Assembly: GCA_012295275.1 (NCBI GenBank)
Contig: CM022668.1
Span: forward strand, 1,240,001-1,304,000
Origin: Chrysomallon squamiferum
Taxonomy: Eukaryota; Animalia; Mollusca
Direction: 5' to 3'
Length of the DNA: 64,000 nucleotides
Part shown: positions 26,301 through 37,627 of the stretch, piece after piece
Numbering within the stretch: the stretch's first letter is position 1
How the letters are laid out: each line of letters begins with the position of its first letter
Program-made: the position numbers and the translations under genes
The notes under the pieces: model-generated
What the model saw: the letters and a program-made list of their open reading frames with translations, nothing else
What the model was told of the DNA's origin: nothing
Databases searched by the model: none

Positions 26301-28053
26301 ATAATACATATCTACTATATATTTTATGTATTTTAATGTAATGATCTGAGTATTATTAGAATAAAGATTTTTATGTATTTCACATTATTCAGGGATAAAC
26401 TAATTTCTGAGTGTTTTCAAATATGTAAAAGCCATATGATTATAAACAGATTTGCAAGAAACAAATATAATATACTTACGCAGTTTGTTTTATCATTGTT
26501 AATATATTTTATAATTATTTTATATTTTTATCCAGTAGTATAAACAAGCTGTAATACATTTAACTGAAAAAGTCTGTATCTGTATATTCTGTATATTGTA
26601 TTGATTTAAATTCTCTAAACTTAAAAAATATTATTCAAATGTAAAGTGGTACAGCCTTGGTTTATTGTTTTGTCACATTACTTTGTGGTTTATTATTGTT
26701 GTTTCTACCATTTTGTCATTGTTACCTATTGTTAGTGTTATTGTTATTTGCATCCCTAAATATATTTAATAGTTTTACTAACAATACTTGACACAAACAA
26801 AATCTGCACTTTTGATAATGTTGAAGTCAGAATTTTTGTGTTAGATTGTCAATCTTTTTTTTTTAATAAAAAAAGTCTTTATAGATATTAATCATAACTA
26901 ATGTAAAAAAATGGTAATTGAGAATTCAGAAAAAAGAGTTGCTGTCTGTGATTGTATTATAATTTGTTAGTGTTTGTCTTTACCAGTCATTATTTATACA
27001 GTTATGTACTCTGCTGTCTCACATGTGTTCCAAATTTCAAAATGAAGGATCAAAACAAAAAATCATTTTTTTCTTATTTTTAATTGCATTTAAAAATGAA
27101 GGTTCAAAACTAATAAATCTATTTTTTCTTTCTTTTAATTACATTGTCGAACAATACATTTACTTAAATAAATTATCAATCAAGATAAATGATTACTTCA
27201 TTTTTTAATTTATTTTTTAAATCTTTTTCTAATAAATAAGAAATACTGATAGTCAATTAATTTATTTTTGAAAAATGCCATTTATTTTTAGGCTGGTTAT
27301 CATTAAATTTTTGCCATTTAATTATTTTTTGTCTTGAAAAAAATAAAAATAAAATTAATACGAGATGAATATCATGGATAATCTAGGTTAATGATGTTAT
27401 ACTGAAAATACTTTGATGTGAGAATTTCAAATAACAGTAAATAGTAATTGAGAAATAAAAACATTGAATATTAATCTCAAAAGTAATTTGTGTTTTATTT
27501 TGTGTTTTGATGGCCTGCTTAATTACAGACATGTGAGTGACCGTTCTACGTTTTTGAGAAGGAATGTGTCGTATAACAATCTAGCAGCCATGGACTCCAG
27601 GTTTGGCACTCATTAGTTTTAACCACACTGCCTGCTTGTCTTCACTGTAGTGGTCCTTTTTACTGTTTTGTTTGGTTGGGCATGGTTATTAATGCTATTA
27701 TTTAATACATCTTTTCTTATTATCATCAGTAAATCCATTGCTGGATAGTTTTGGATCTTTCAGTTAATTTAATTTTTTGGGATAGTTGTATGTTATGGAA
27801 AGGTTAATTATGTTAGGCTGGCAATATAATAATGTAATAGTTTGGGATACAGGCATGTAGAAGTTATTTACATAAGAAACTAATTTAATAATGGAATATT
27901 TTGGGATACAGGCATGCAATCTAAAACCTGCTGTATTATGTAGTCTCATGATCAAGGTGAAGGCATGTTTTTGAAACTTCATTGTTGACTTGATGTTCAT
28001 TAAGGTATTGAGTTTTGCATGTTCAATGGCAAAAACACAAAAAGCCCCATTAA

Positions 28054-28095
<42 letters not shown>

Positions 28096-29756
28096 CATAC
28101 ATACATGTAGACATGTATTATTATGGTTTTAAAATTTAAATAATGTTACTGGTATTAGAATAAGAGAAATGCTAATCATGTGAAGATCATAAAAAAGACA
28201 TTCTGTGAAAAAACTGTTATGTATAAAAGTATAATTTAGACATAATTCCAACATGTTTTGAAACATTAAAATATACAAAACATGCATGAATAATTTTATG
28301 TAGAAAAGATGTGTCAAAGTTTAGCAAGTGGACAGTTTTTGTTGTGACCTACTAACAGGACTAATATTAATAATAATGTAAACCACTATTTAATGTTTTG
28401 TTGCAAACCTGTGTGTGTTGTCATCAAAACTGCCTGAATAACCAACAGATAGTTTCATTTCAGAGATATGTCTCTACTATAATGTATTTGTACATTTATA
28501 CAAACACTTTAATCAGTTTTATTTTTTCAGATAATCACAACTTTATTTTTGAGCTGTAATCATAGTATTAATACACTTGTATTGTTTTTGTTTTTTTCAG
28601 AAACAAATTTAAAAGTTGTAATAAATAGAAAATTAACTTGATTCTTGCCTCAACTGATCCTCCACTGAGTCTGTAACAAAAGTAGTTGCTTTATTTTTGC
28701 TGATACCTCACAGTGTTGACTGTATTCAAAATTTGTTTTCAACTAATATTTCTTTTGAGAAGAGTCATCAGTCCCCAGTAATAACTAATTTTGCTGTTTA
28801 ACTAAAACACAGTAAAAAAAAAAAAAAAAAAACGTGAAATAAAATAAAATCCCTGTTTTCTGTTTATATATTATTGTATGGTTTTTTAGGTCTCAGGTTT
28901 TGGATAAATACCATGGGCTTTTTAGGTAACACTGTATTGTTTGTTGATTGAAACATGTTTAACAGTGTTTTTGTTTAATATTTATTGTTTTCAGATGTTG
29001 TACAAGTACTGTCATATTTTAACTTGTACAGATGTTCAACTCATCAGTAAGTTTCAGAGAATGAGTCCAGGTCAGGACCATTTGCTGATCAGTTTTTGTT
29101 TTTATGTAGAGTAAATATTATTTTTTTTATTGTTATGCTGATGAGCTTCTTAATAAAAACTGACCAATCTTAACATACATGCCAGACGTTCTTTTTGACC
29201 ATTAAAAAATATTTAATTATTTTTCTTCTTGGTTTAAATGAAAAAGATTGCAAATGGTTTAAGCTAAATTAAACTGAGAAATATTTAAGAATTAGTAATA
29301 TTTTATTCAGCAGAAAGAAATATGCACATGTAATTGGGTTTGGGTTTTTCATTTGTTATTTGGCATGTATGTAGCTGTATCTACATCAGTGTTGTCCTGT
29401 GCATCAAGTAACCAACCAGCTCTAGTATTTTGAAAAGATGCAGTAGCTTTATCAGACTGATAAGTAAAATACAACTGTTTTCATTCTAACATAGATAGAA
29501 ACCCTTTAAATGATCTCTACAAAATATTATCAGTAGTTAATTAATGATGATCTTGTACTAATAATGAATAATATAACAAACTGATTAATGTGGTTACTTA
29601 TAATTAATTGTTTTTAAAAAAATCAGTAATTTGGTTATACCCATTTTGCCAGACATGGTAGTAAGCTATACAATGTATGCTTTAAAAAAGAGAAATTTTC
29701 ATTATATAATTTAAGGGATACTATAAATGAATAACAAAAAAAAACCCATAACATCT

Positions 29757-29794
<38 letters not shown>

Positions 29795-32700
29795 TGCATT
29801 TAATGTACATTACCCTTGAAATTCTGTCCTGATTGTGTGTGATTTTTTTCTTTGTCTTTTTTGTTTTTTGTTTTGATTTTTTTTAATTAATGTTTTCAGT
29901 GGGGAAATAAATGCATGTACTGTTGTAAGCATGCATATATTCTTATTATTTTTATGTATGCAGATAAAGAAAACATTTATTTATTTACTATGAACATTTT
30001 AATATAGTTTATAAATGTACAGAAACTGAATTAATATTATTAAACAACTTGAATGAAAGATTTACAAATAAATAAAAAATCTGTTGCAGATATGCATTTT
30101 AATTATATATGTTCATATTATTAGCTCATAGAATTTTGATACACTTTTAATTTATTTTTGCATTTTTCAAACTTAAAATAGTTTCAGTAATTAAATAGAT
30201 GGATATAATTTGCATATAGATTTTTGAATTGATCAGATATGTTTATAATTATCAATATTCAGTGTAATTTACAATTTATATTTAAAATAAACTGATTTTA
30301 ACGTATGTCTTTGAACAATTTAGAGGTTAAAAAGTTTGATTTTTATTTTAAAATATAATTCTTTATTTTTTTAATCTCCATTAAATTTGTTTACTTTATT
30401 AAAAATGTAGACAGTAGTTCCACAAATATGTTCTGTTTATAATTTATGTATTAAAAATATTATCTGTGACTAACAATAATCAGGTAACATTGTCCATCTG
30501 TAGCTCAGTGGCAATTGTTTTTATTCATCATCTACATTCAAATCATTTTAACAAACTTAAAAATTCACTTGCAAATACAGCTAAAATAAATTTGCAATGT
30601 ATTTTATTGCTTCTTCAGAAAGATATTATAATTTTTTTCTTAATTGCAGAGATTTCTAAATAACTATTATATAGTTATGCACCTTAGATATTGAAACAAA
30701 GAAAATTATTTATAACATTTAAATAAATGGCAAAAATGTAATATTTTTTTTTTAGTAGTAAAGCTTTCAGATAGTTTTAATATAATTTTTTTTTTTTTTA
30801 CAGACATCAAAAAGAAAAGTTTCTTCTGAACTCAATGTCAACAAACAGTTTTCTCACAGTGGCCTCTTCACATGCTTTAAATCAAACCTGCTAAACCTGA
30901 GGATTCATCAAATTCAAAAACTAAAAAGGAATCAGCAAAACTGGAAATGGTTAAAGTGGATGTAGATAATAATATGGTAATTATCTCTCATAAGTAATGT
31001 AAAAATAAATTCATTTATTTTAGTATTAATTCCTATTTATAACTTATATAAATCTTTTAATGAAAATTATTTTTAAACGAATTAACTAACATGTTATCTT
31101 AAGACTTCTATTTTTTTTAAATTAATTTAATTTTGATGACATATTTATTTTTTTATTTGACTTTACTATATCTTAACTCCATCATATGTACTCATATTTA
31201 CATTGGCAAGTAGGCAGGTATACAAATAAATAAATACTTATACTGTAAAATGTACATGTAAATCAGGTTCATTCTTCAGTTGAAATTGTCGCATGTTTCA
31301 GACTGGAAATGACGGAGTTCACATTGGAATAACACCAACAGATCAGAACAAGAAAAATGTTCAGGACATCATGCGTCGGATCCCGTCAGGCTCAGAGTCG
31401 ACCACTGTGCTTGTTGGCCGAGCTGACTACTTAGAGAAGCCTACTGTAGCATTTGTTCGACTAGCTAAAGGAACAGTCCTGGAAAACCTCACTGAGGTGC
31501 CTCTTCCCACTCGTTTTATCATCATTGTGCTGGGGCCTGACAAAGAAGGAATGGATTATCATGAAGTTGGCAGATCTATTTCTACTCTGATGGCTAATCA
31601 AGTTAGTTAATTATCTACCAGCATTAAAAACTGGTTTTTAAATACAACCATGACATGTTTATAGTTTTCTTTTCATTTAGTTAAAAATATTATCAACTAG
31701 ATAATTCATTAGTTTGTCTTCAGCAATTAAATCATTATCTCTTGATACATGTTTTGCATGTACCTGGTAATTATAAACTGTCACCAGATATCAGTAATAT
31801 TTCACCATTATTAACTTTGCTTATTTTGTTATATAACATATAAAAGTCAGCATTTATTTATTTATATATTAAACTGTTCTGTATTAAAATTAGTTTGAAT
31901 AGTTTAAATAGTTTAGATAAAGGTGATTTTGTAATAGATACAATAGCATAGTTTTTTGTAATAGATGATTTCAGGTTTGTCTTTTGTTATTTTTCAGCTT
32001 TTCCATGATGTTGCATACAAGGCACAGAGTCGTGAAGAACTGCTGCATGCTATAAATGGTTTCCTCGATGACTCGATAGTCCTGCCTCCAGGAGACTGGG
32101 ATCACAAAACACTTCTTCCCATAATGGACATGGCTCGCAAACGTGCTAATGTTCGACGAAGAACAAGGAAAAAACAAGAAGAGAAAGAAGGTAATTTCCC
32201 TGTAGTCTTTATCTTTGAATGTAATATGTATTGAGAAATAATTGTAAAGCTGGTTTTTAAAATACTTTTTATTTTTTAATAAATGTTAATATATCATATT
32301 TTTTTATTTTAATATATTTCACTGATTGAAGGTCTTACTTCTAGTATTTTAATTACCATTATTAGAATAAAATTATTAATTTTAATTAGTAATCTGACCC
32401 CAGACTTGGATATCAGAAAAAAAAAAAAATTTGGTTATACAAATGATAAAATTTGGAGATTCCAGTGATAGATTAAAATGATATTTGTTTATTTGAATCT
32501 GTGTATTTCAAAAATTATTTTGAGTTGAAATAATATTAAAAAGCTGACATGAAATAAGCTGTGTAATGAGCTGGACAATGTTATATTTTTATAAAGCTCT
32601 GTTGGAGAAGGAGATTAAAGACAAAATTCCATCTGATCCTTTACAACGAACTGGCAAAGTGTTCGGTGGTCTCTTCAACGACATTCGTCGCCGCTATCCT

Positions 32701-35700
32701 CACTATCTCAGCGACTTCAAGGATGCACTCAACGGCCAAAGCATGGCAGCTCTTGTTTTCATTTTTTTCGCTTGTTTGTCTCCGTGTATTGCATTTGGAG
32801 GTTTGTTAAGTAAGTATGCACAAACAATCAATAAACATTAGCACATATTTAGACTATGATATTTTTATATTTTTAACAAACAAATAATTGATAGAAATGC
32901 ATGCATCCATGCATAAAGAAGCACAAATAAAAAAAACAATAAATAAAAAAAAATGATATATGGCAAACAGATAAATAGAGAATCATGAAAATGTCTGATA
33001 GATTCCAGTTTGTAATAAACTTTTTCAGGTGAGAAGACAAAGGGGTTTATGGGTGTCACAGAGACAGTGTTAAGCACGTCAGTGTGTGGAATTATTTTTG
33101 GACTTTTCAGTGGACAACCTCTACTCATTGTTGGTGCTACTGGACCTGTTCTTGTCTTTGAACAGTCCCTCTTTAAGGTAATTACATTCAGCATGAATGT
33201 TTTACTAGGTTTTCAGTCTTTTGTTTTCTTCTTCTTTTATGTGCCTAGTGAATTGTTATTAAATGTTAATTTTCACATAGTGTTGATTGTTATTAGAAAT
33301 GCCTTAGATGTTACATTAAATAGGTTCAGTAAGATATTAGATTAACATTTCTAATAAATATTAATTTTTGGATTTAAAGGGATGTCACAAAATACTTAAA
33401 TTTTAAATGTCTAAATTCATATGCAAAGTTTTTCATATCAGAAATTTATTAATTATTCTGTATTTATTACTTTCATTTGGCTTTTCATTGTTACCTGTTA
33501 CTCTTAATAATTAACTTATAATTTGAATTTTTAAAATGATTTGTTTTGTAATATATTTATTTTACTTAATTACCTGACAAAAATTTGAAATTGTTTTACA
33601 GTTCTGTGATTCTAATGGCATAGAGTTTTTACCATTTCGTTGTTGGATTGGAATGTGGGTGTGTCTCATCTCCACAGCAACAGTGGCTGCTGAAGGCAGC
33701 TTTCTAGTTCGATATGTCACCCGTTTCACTGAAGAAATATTTGCTATTCTTATTTCTTTGATATTTATTTATGAAGTCATCAAGAAGCTGGATGCAGTAA
33801 GAATAAAAAAAAAAAATTCTCTTTCAATTGATTTTATATAATGTACATTTTTTCTCATTAATATATTTATTTCTAATTAATATGCAGTTTACCTGATAAC
33901 ACTGACACATTTTAATTGACTTAACATTAATACAGTTGAGTGTTTATGATTTTGAATACTACTTGTATATTATATTTATGAAGTAATTGGGTTTTTTTTT
34001 TGTTGTTATTACTCTCAAATCAGTCTGTCTTTTTTATTGCAATTTTAAATATAGAAAGATGTTTGATTAAAATGAATATACTTTCAGACATTTGACGCTC
34101 ATCCTCTTAAAGAGTTTTACTGTATGCCCAACGAATCAACCTACACACCTCACCTGGGGAATGTATCTGGTAACCATAGCAATCTGTTCAGCACTGGACC
34201 ATCAAACGACAGCTACTTCTTTGAAACAAATGTTTCTGGTCATGGACTGAGTAATGATTACAAGAAGATAGAGCGACCTAACACAGCCCTGCTTTCCACA
34301 ATACTTACTGTAGGAACATTCCTCATTGCTTATTTTCTCAGGGTGTTCAGAAATAGCAAGTTCTTAGGCAGAAATGTGAGTGAAAGTCAAAACTAATATT
34401 TTAGATTTTATAACATCATTTTGCATTACTTAACTGCAGCAACAAAAGATTTTCAAATAAATTAACAACAACTACATATGCATGCATATACATGCATACA
34501 CATATGCACACAAACATACAGACACACACACACACACACACACACATTTCAAAATATCAAAATTTTTAAAAACGTTTTTTAATAACTTAGTTTCATAGCA
34601 ATGAATAAATTATTATTTTTTAAAATAATTGTGACTTTAATTTTACAGGCTAGAAGAGCGCTGGGTGATTTTGGGATACTCATTGCAATTGTTGCCATGG
34701 TTCTCCTAGATTTCTTTATAAAGCATACATATACACAGGCAAATATTTCTTCATCTTCTGTCTTAAACTGAATTAACTGAAATTAAACTTGAAATTGTGT
34801 TTTTGAATTCTAATTCTAATATGCTTGCAAGTCAGCCTGATCTTATTTTTAAATTACATGTTTAAGTCTGCATTTTGATAATGTCATTTTAAAAAACTCC
34901 AACATTTTGATTTATTAATGAAAACAATTAGTATGTTTGTGAGTGGTGTATCTTTTTTATTATAATTATGATGACGTGTTACAGAAATTGGAGGTACCTG
35001 ATGATCTAAGCCCCACATCACCTAACAAGCGAGGCTGGTTCATTAACCCACTGGGCATGCACAAAGCTATGGAGACCTGGATAATATTTGCTGCCATCAT
35101 CCCAGCTTTTCTTATCTTCATTCTCCTCTTCATGGAGGTGCAGATTACAGAGTAAGTAATAAAATATATTATGTAACATAATTTAGCATTAAGGGGACAT
35201 GCACTGGTGAATATTATTCAAAATAGAAAAAATATATATTATATATACATATATATTGTCAAATTTAATTTTTGTTTCTGTCAGTACAGGCAGTTATCGA
35301 TTTATTATCATAATTGGTTTTTGTTTGATCAAGTTTGACATCTACATTTATAGAATCCATTTTATTATACATATGGTACATTGTGTAATCATTTAATCAT
35401 GTTATCTGTATCTTAAAGCATATTCATTTTTAGTAAACACTTTAATTAGTTTAAATCAATCTCAATTCACACTACAATGTGTTTAATACTTGCTACCACT
35501 GGATCAAATATATCACTTTCTGGGTAGCTGGTGGATTCTTCACAAACATATTGAGCTTAGTCTGAATTGTTCTTACTTTCCTTTCCTCTTAACTCTCTTG
35601 ACAAGGATGGAAAGCATCTTGCACCAGTGTGAGAAGTTTGAATCTGGATTTAGCACTTCTCATAGAGGTGCAGTTAAACAGTAGTAAGTCAGTGACTGAC

Positions 35701-37627
35701 TGTATATTGAAGTTTTATTTTTATGTAAAAACAGCACATTATTAAAACAAATGAGTTTAATTCACAGTGTTTGGTTTGCAGGATGATTTTAAACAAAAAG
35801 GACAGGAAATTGAAAAAGGGTTCAGGTTTTCACCTTGATCAGTTTATAATGGGAATAATGGCGTTTGTGTGTGCGTTGTTTGGTCTGCCGTGGATGTGTG
35901 CGGCTACAGTGAGAACCATCGCTCACGTGTCAGCTCTCAGTGTGATGAGTCGAACACATGCGCCTGGAGAAAAACCGAAACTACTCGGAGTCATAGAGCA
36001 GAGAGTCACTAACATTGCTGTTAGCTTGTTAATAGGTGAGAACAGTTATAAGTGATGTGAAACAAGTCAGTGGCAGTTTTTAACATATTAGACATTAATC
36101 AGTATCTTGTTCATAATTTTTACTATTCCTGAACCATTAATTGCAAAAAGAACTGAACTTTGAATTCTGTTTGCTAGTTATTTCTTCAATTAAATTAAAT
36201 TTACATGTTTTATGTTACACACTGTATAATACAACATTTTAAATTAATGTGTATATTTTAATCCAGGTATTTCACTGGCTCTTGGGCCACTGTTAAGACA
36301 GATTCCCATGGCCGTTTTGTTTGGTGTGTTCCTCTATCTTGGTATCTCAGCCATGAGTGGAGTACAGATGTTTGACAGAACTAAACTACTTTTCATGCCT
36401 GTTAAACACCACCCTAGTGTTGGCTTTGTGAGGAGGGTCAGTATAACACATTCTTATCTAACTTTTACATTGTGCTAACCTGAGATAAAAGATTTCTAAA
36501 TAAATTAAATATATTAAAGAAGTTAAGGTGCAGAGGTAGTCTAACAGGTTCAGGGAAAGTTTGTCAAATCCCTCATTCAAGTTTATTTAAATAATATTTA
36601 TAAAAATGTTCTTAAGTTAACTGTAATTTTTAATTTAATCTTATCTAGTTAGCAATTTCAATTAGGTGTATATTTGTATTTCATTAGTTACCATTAAAGT
36701 AAATGATATAGTTATTATATGTATATGTATGTACAGTAAGTTACTATTGCAGTATGAGATACACTTGTTAGGAGTATATACATATAAAATAAAAATGTAA
36801 TAGTAAATGGTTGTTATGTTTTATGTTAGGTGCGTACATACAAGATGCACATCTTCACGATCTGTCAGCTTGTTTGTCTGGTTGTTCTCTGGGTTGTCAA
36901 GTCAACACAGGCAGCTCTTGCTTTTCCATTCCTGTTGATTCTCTTAATTCCACTCAGACTGAAACTCATAACACGGTTTTATTCTCCTAGCGAGCTGCAT
37001 GAGGTAAGTTATGATTCTGTAAAACATGAAATTAATGTGATTTCCAGGATAAACCAAGTTAGGGATCATCACCTCATCTTTAGTAGAAGTAGACAATATC
37101 AATATTAAAATTCCTTCAGTATTTACTAGCTGTATAATTATTTGAATGTTGAAAAACTATAATCTGAAAGGGAGGTCACTCATTAATTAAATGTCATTTA
37201 CTTGCATTAATTGAGAGAAGTTAAAATCCATAACCTGCTGTACCTATACACAGACACACACATGCACACATATTAAGGATTCTTTCCTTTCTTCAGTTTG
37301 ATTTATTAAAAATATGTATGAAACTGTTTTTTTCTTAGTGACAAGATAATTGATTATTATTGGGATTTTATATTTTAATAATTATATTTGAATGTCATTA
37401 ACTCTTACAGTTCTTTGATATTGAATCTTAAAAATACCAGTATCCATGCTTTAATTAAAATTAAAATGTTTGGTCTATAGGATTTTTTCTCGGTTTGTAT
37501 TTGATTTTCTGGATGTAACTATATAATGTAAAGTTTTTCTTTTCAGCTGGACAAGGAGGAGGAAGATTCTGACATTGATGAGGAGGAGGAACCAGATTTC
37601 TATGAACAAGCTCACATGCCAATATAG
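17324..37627 (+). CDS. SLC4A2: SLC4 Na-independent Cl-/HCO3- anion exchanger, AE2-like (co-orthologue of SLC4A1-3); 25 coding exons, about 1,405 aa
   Basis: Hallmark motifs: [107 protein letters not shown] (Glu equivalent to AE1 E681), [21 protein letters not shown] and C-terminal FYEQAHMPI. Phases are consistent except for two 1-nt breaks (see findings). Confidence 0.95.
17855..18209 (+). CDS. SLC4A2: SLC4 exon 2 ([10 protein letters not shown]...FNEDDFA)
   Basis: ORF 17870 frame; AAG acceptor at 17854 (in-frame alternative at 17860); gtaagt donor. Confidence 0.8.
19164..19187 (+). CDS. SLC4A2: Candidate 24-nt cassette microexon (SDNNSELD)
   Basis: ttgttctgttttag / gtaagt; phase 1-1; no stop. 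Confidence 0.6.
19885..19902 (+). CDS. SLC4A2: Candidate 18-nt cassette microexon (xHAHLK)
   Basis: ttcactctttgcag / AGG|gtaata; phase 1-1; no stop. Confidence 0.5.
20756..20931 (+). CDS. SLC4A2: SLC4 exon 3 ([13 protein letters not shown]...[10 protein letters not shown])
   Basis: Resembles the AE2/AE3 HR..HIHxPL and PTIxE motifs; ttttcag / gtaagt. Confidence 0.9.
21128..21250 (+). CDS. SLC4A2: SLC4 exon 4 ([13 protein letters not shown]...VTDIQ)
   Basis: ttttcag / CAG|gtgaat; phase 0-0. Confidence 0.85.
21758..21807 (+). CDS. SLC4A2: SLC4 exon 5 ([16 protein letters not shown])
   Basis: tttcag / AG|gtaaac; phase 0-2. Confidence 0.8.
22082..22281 (+). CDS. SLC4A2: SLC4 exon 6 (NKRRSLS...TVHFVLG)
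   Basis: tgtacag / G|gtaggt; phase 2-1. Confidence 0.85.
22241..22927 (+). repeat. 76-bp tandem array, 9 copies, made of the exon 6 3' end, its donor and intron sequence
   Basis: Unit caacagcaccatcaattcagagacagtccactttgttctgggtaggtttttagaatttattccagagagcagtatt starts at 22241, 22317, 22393, 22469, 22545, 22621, 22697 (74 bp), 22771 and 22847. Confidence 0.97.
23280..23895 (+). mobile_element. Degenerate, internally deleted Tigger/pogo DNA transposon
   Basis: From ATG 23430: [71 protein letters not shown], the Tigger N-terminal CENP-B-type HTH with a stop and a frameshift. The right end ...gtcaaggtaccactg (reverse complement CAGTGGTACCTTGAC) is a Tigger-like TIR. No left TIR seen, so the left boundary is approximate. 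Confidence 0.85.
24080..24173 (+). CDS. SLC4A2: SLC4 exon 7 ([10 protein letters not shown]...EPLMS)
   Basis: catacag / GA|gtgagt; the only open frame; phase 1-2. Confidence 0.8.
24175..24380. repeat. Degenerate 35-42-bp tandem repeat (about 5.5 copies) starting at the exon 7 donor
   Basis: Recurring core tagct..cctgtgaatcaaac..agt[at]acaaa. Confidence 0.85.
24470..24668 (+). CDS. SLC4A2: SLC4 exon 8 (..[17 protein letters not shown]...ADLDEMA), with an apparent 1-nt deletion near its start
   Basis: tttttatag / A|gtatgt; DLDEMA joins the conserved SHRWED of exon 9. Confidence 0.85.
25264..25412 (+). CDS. SLC4A2: SLC4 exon 9 ([13 protein letters not shown]...DHSSHE)
   Basis: Conserved AE motif; aag / gtgagt. 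Confidence 0.92.
25523..25703 (+). CDS. SLC4A2: SLC4 exon 10 (VFVELDEL...LENG)
   Basis: Band-3 cytoplasmic domain; tttgcag / gtgaga. Confidence 0.97.
25951..26086 (+). CDS. SLC4A2: SLC4 exon 11 (CLLLDLEA...LLLKH)
   Basis: Conserved LLDL...LLLKH; ccag / gtatgt. Confidence 0.95.
27529..27600 (+). CDS. SLC4A2: SLC4 exon 12 ([23 protein letters not shown])
   Basis: ttacag / CAG|gtttgg; phase 2-2. Confidence 0.8.
28890..28925 (+). CDS. SLC4A2: Candidate 36-nt cassette exon ([11 protein letters not shown])
   Basis: gttttttag / AG|gtaaca; phase 2-2; open. Confidence 0.55.
30804..30976 (+). CDS. SLC4A2: SLC4 exon 13 (...[30 protein letters not shown]), with an internal frame break
   Basis: poly-T acag acceptor and ATG|gtaatt donor; 173 nt does not fit phase 2-0. 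Confidence 0.7.
31302..31601 (+). CDS. SLC4A2: SLC4 exon 14 (TGNDG...TLMANQ)
   Basis: Conserved [28 protein letters not shown]. Confidence 0.97.
31998..32190 (+). CDS. SLC4A2: SLC4 exon 15 (LFHDVAY...[14 protein letters not shown]...)
   Basis: Conserved motif; canonical splice sites. Confidence 0.97.
32597..32809 (+). CDS. SLC4A2: SLC4 exon 16 (DPLQRTG...AFGGLL), TM1
   Basis: Conserved; aag / gtaagt. Confidence 0.96.
   Translation, partial: LCWRRRLKTKFHLILYNELAKCSVVSSTTFVAAILTISATSRMHSTAKAWQLLFSFFSLVCLRVLHLEVC
33029..33177 (+). CDS. SLC4A2: SLC4 exon 17 (EKTKGFMGV...EQSLFK)
   Basis: Conserved [12 protein letters not shown]. Confidence 0.97.
33602..33796 (+). CDS. SLC4A2: SLC4 exon 18 (FCDSNGIEF...IKKLDA)
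   Basis: Conserved TRFTEEIFA. Confidence 0.97.
34088..34375 (+). CDS. SLC4A2: SLC4 exon 19 (glycosylated extracellular loop, PNTALLS...[10 protein letters not shown])
   Basis: Five N-x-S sequons and a single Cys (AE-type loop); canonical splice sites. Confidence 0.96.
34649..34738 (+). CDS. SLC4A2: SLC4 exon 20 (ARRALGDFG...HTYTQ), followed by a GC donor
   Basis: Conserved TYTQ|KL junction; donor CAG|gcaaat. Confidence 0.93.
34985..35151 (+). CDS. SLC4A2: SLC4 exon 21 (KLEVP...FMEVQITE)
   Basis: Conserved RGWFINPLG. Confidence 0.97.
35782..36035 (+). CDS. SLC4A2: SLC4 exon 22 (MILNKK...SLLIG)
   Basis: [18 protein letters not shown]. Confidence 0.97.
36267..36436 (+). CDS. SLC4A2: SLC4 exon 23 ([24 protein letters not shown])
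   Basis: Conserved; ccag / gtcagt. Confidence 0.97.
36830..37003 (+). CDS. SLC4A2: SLC4 exon 24 ([10 protein letters not shown]...ELHE)
   Basis: Conserved; ttag / gtaagt. Confidence 0.97.
37547..37627 (+). CDS. SLC4A2: SLC4 last coding exon ([26 protein letters not shown])
   Basis: AE-type acidic tail ending Y...MP[VI]; TAG at 37625-37627. Confidence 0.95.
   Translation: MDKEEEDSDIDEEEEPDFYEQAHMPI

Noticed and set aside
20744-33194. Minus-strand ORFs at 20744, 21081, 22052, 25479, 31971 and 32865
   Set aside because: Antisense shadows of SLC4 exons.
17324-37627. Calling the SLC4 gene a pseudogene, or a Na-coupled NBC/NDCBE
   Set aside because: All core exons and splice sites are intact. 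The Glu in FMEVQIT, the single-Cys loop and the MPI tail indicate the AE clade.
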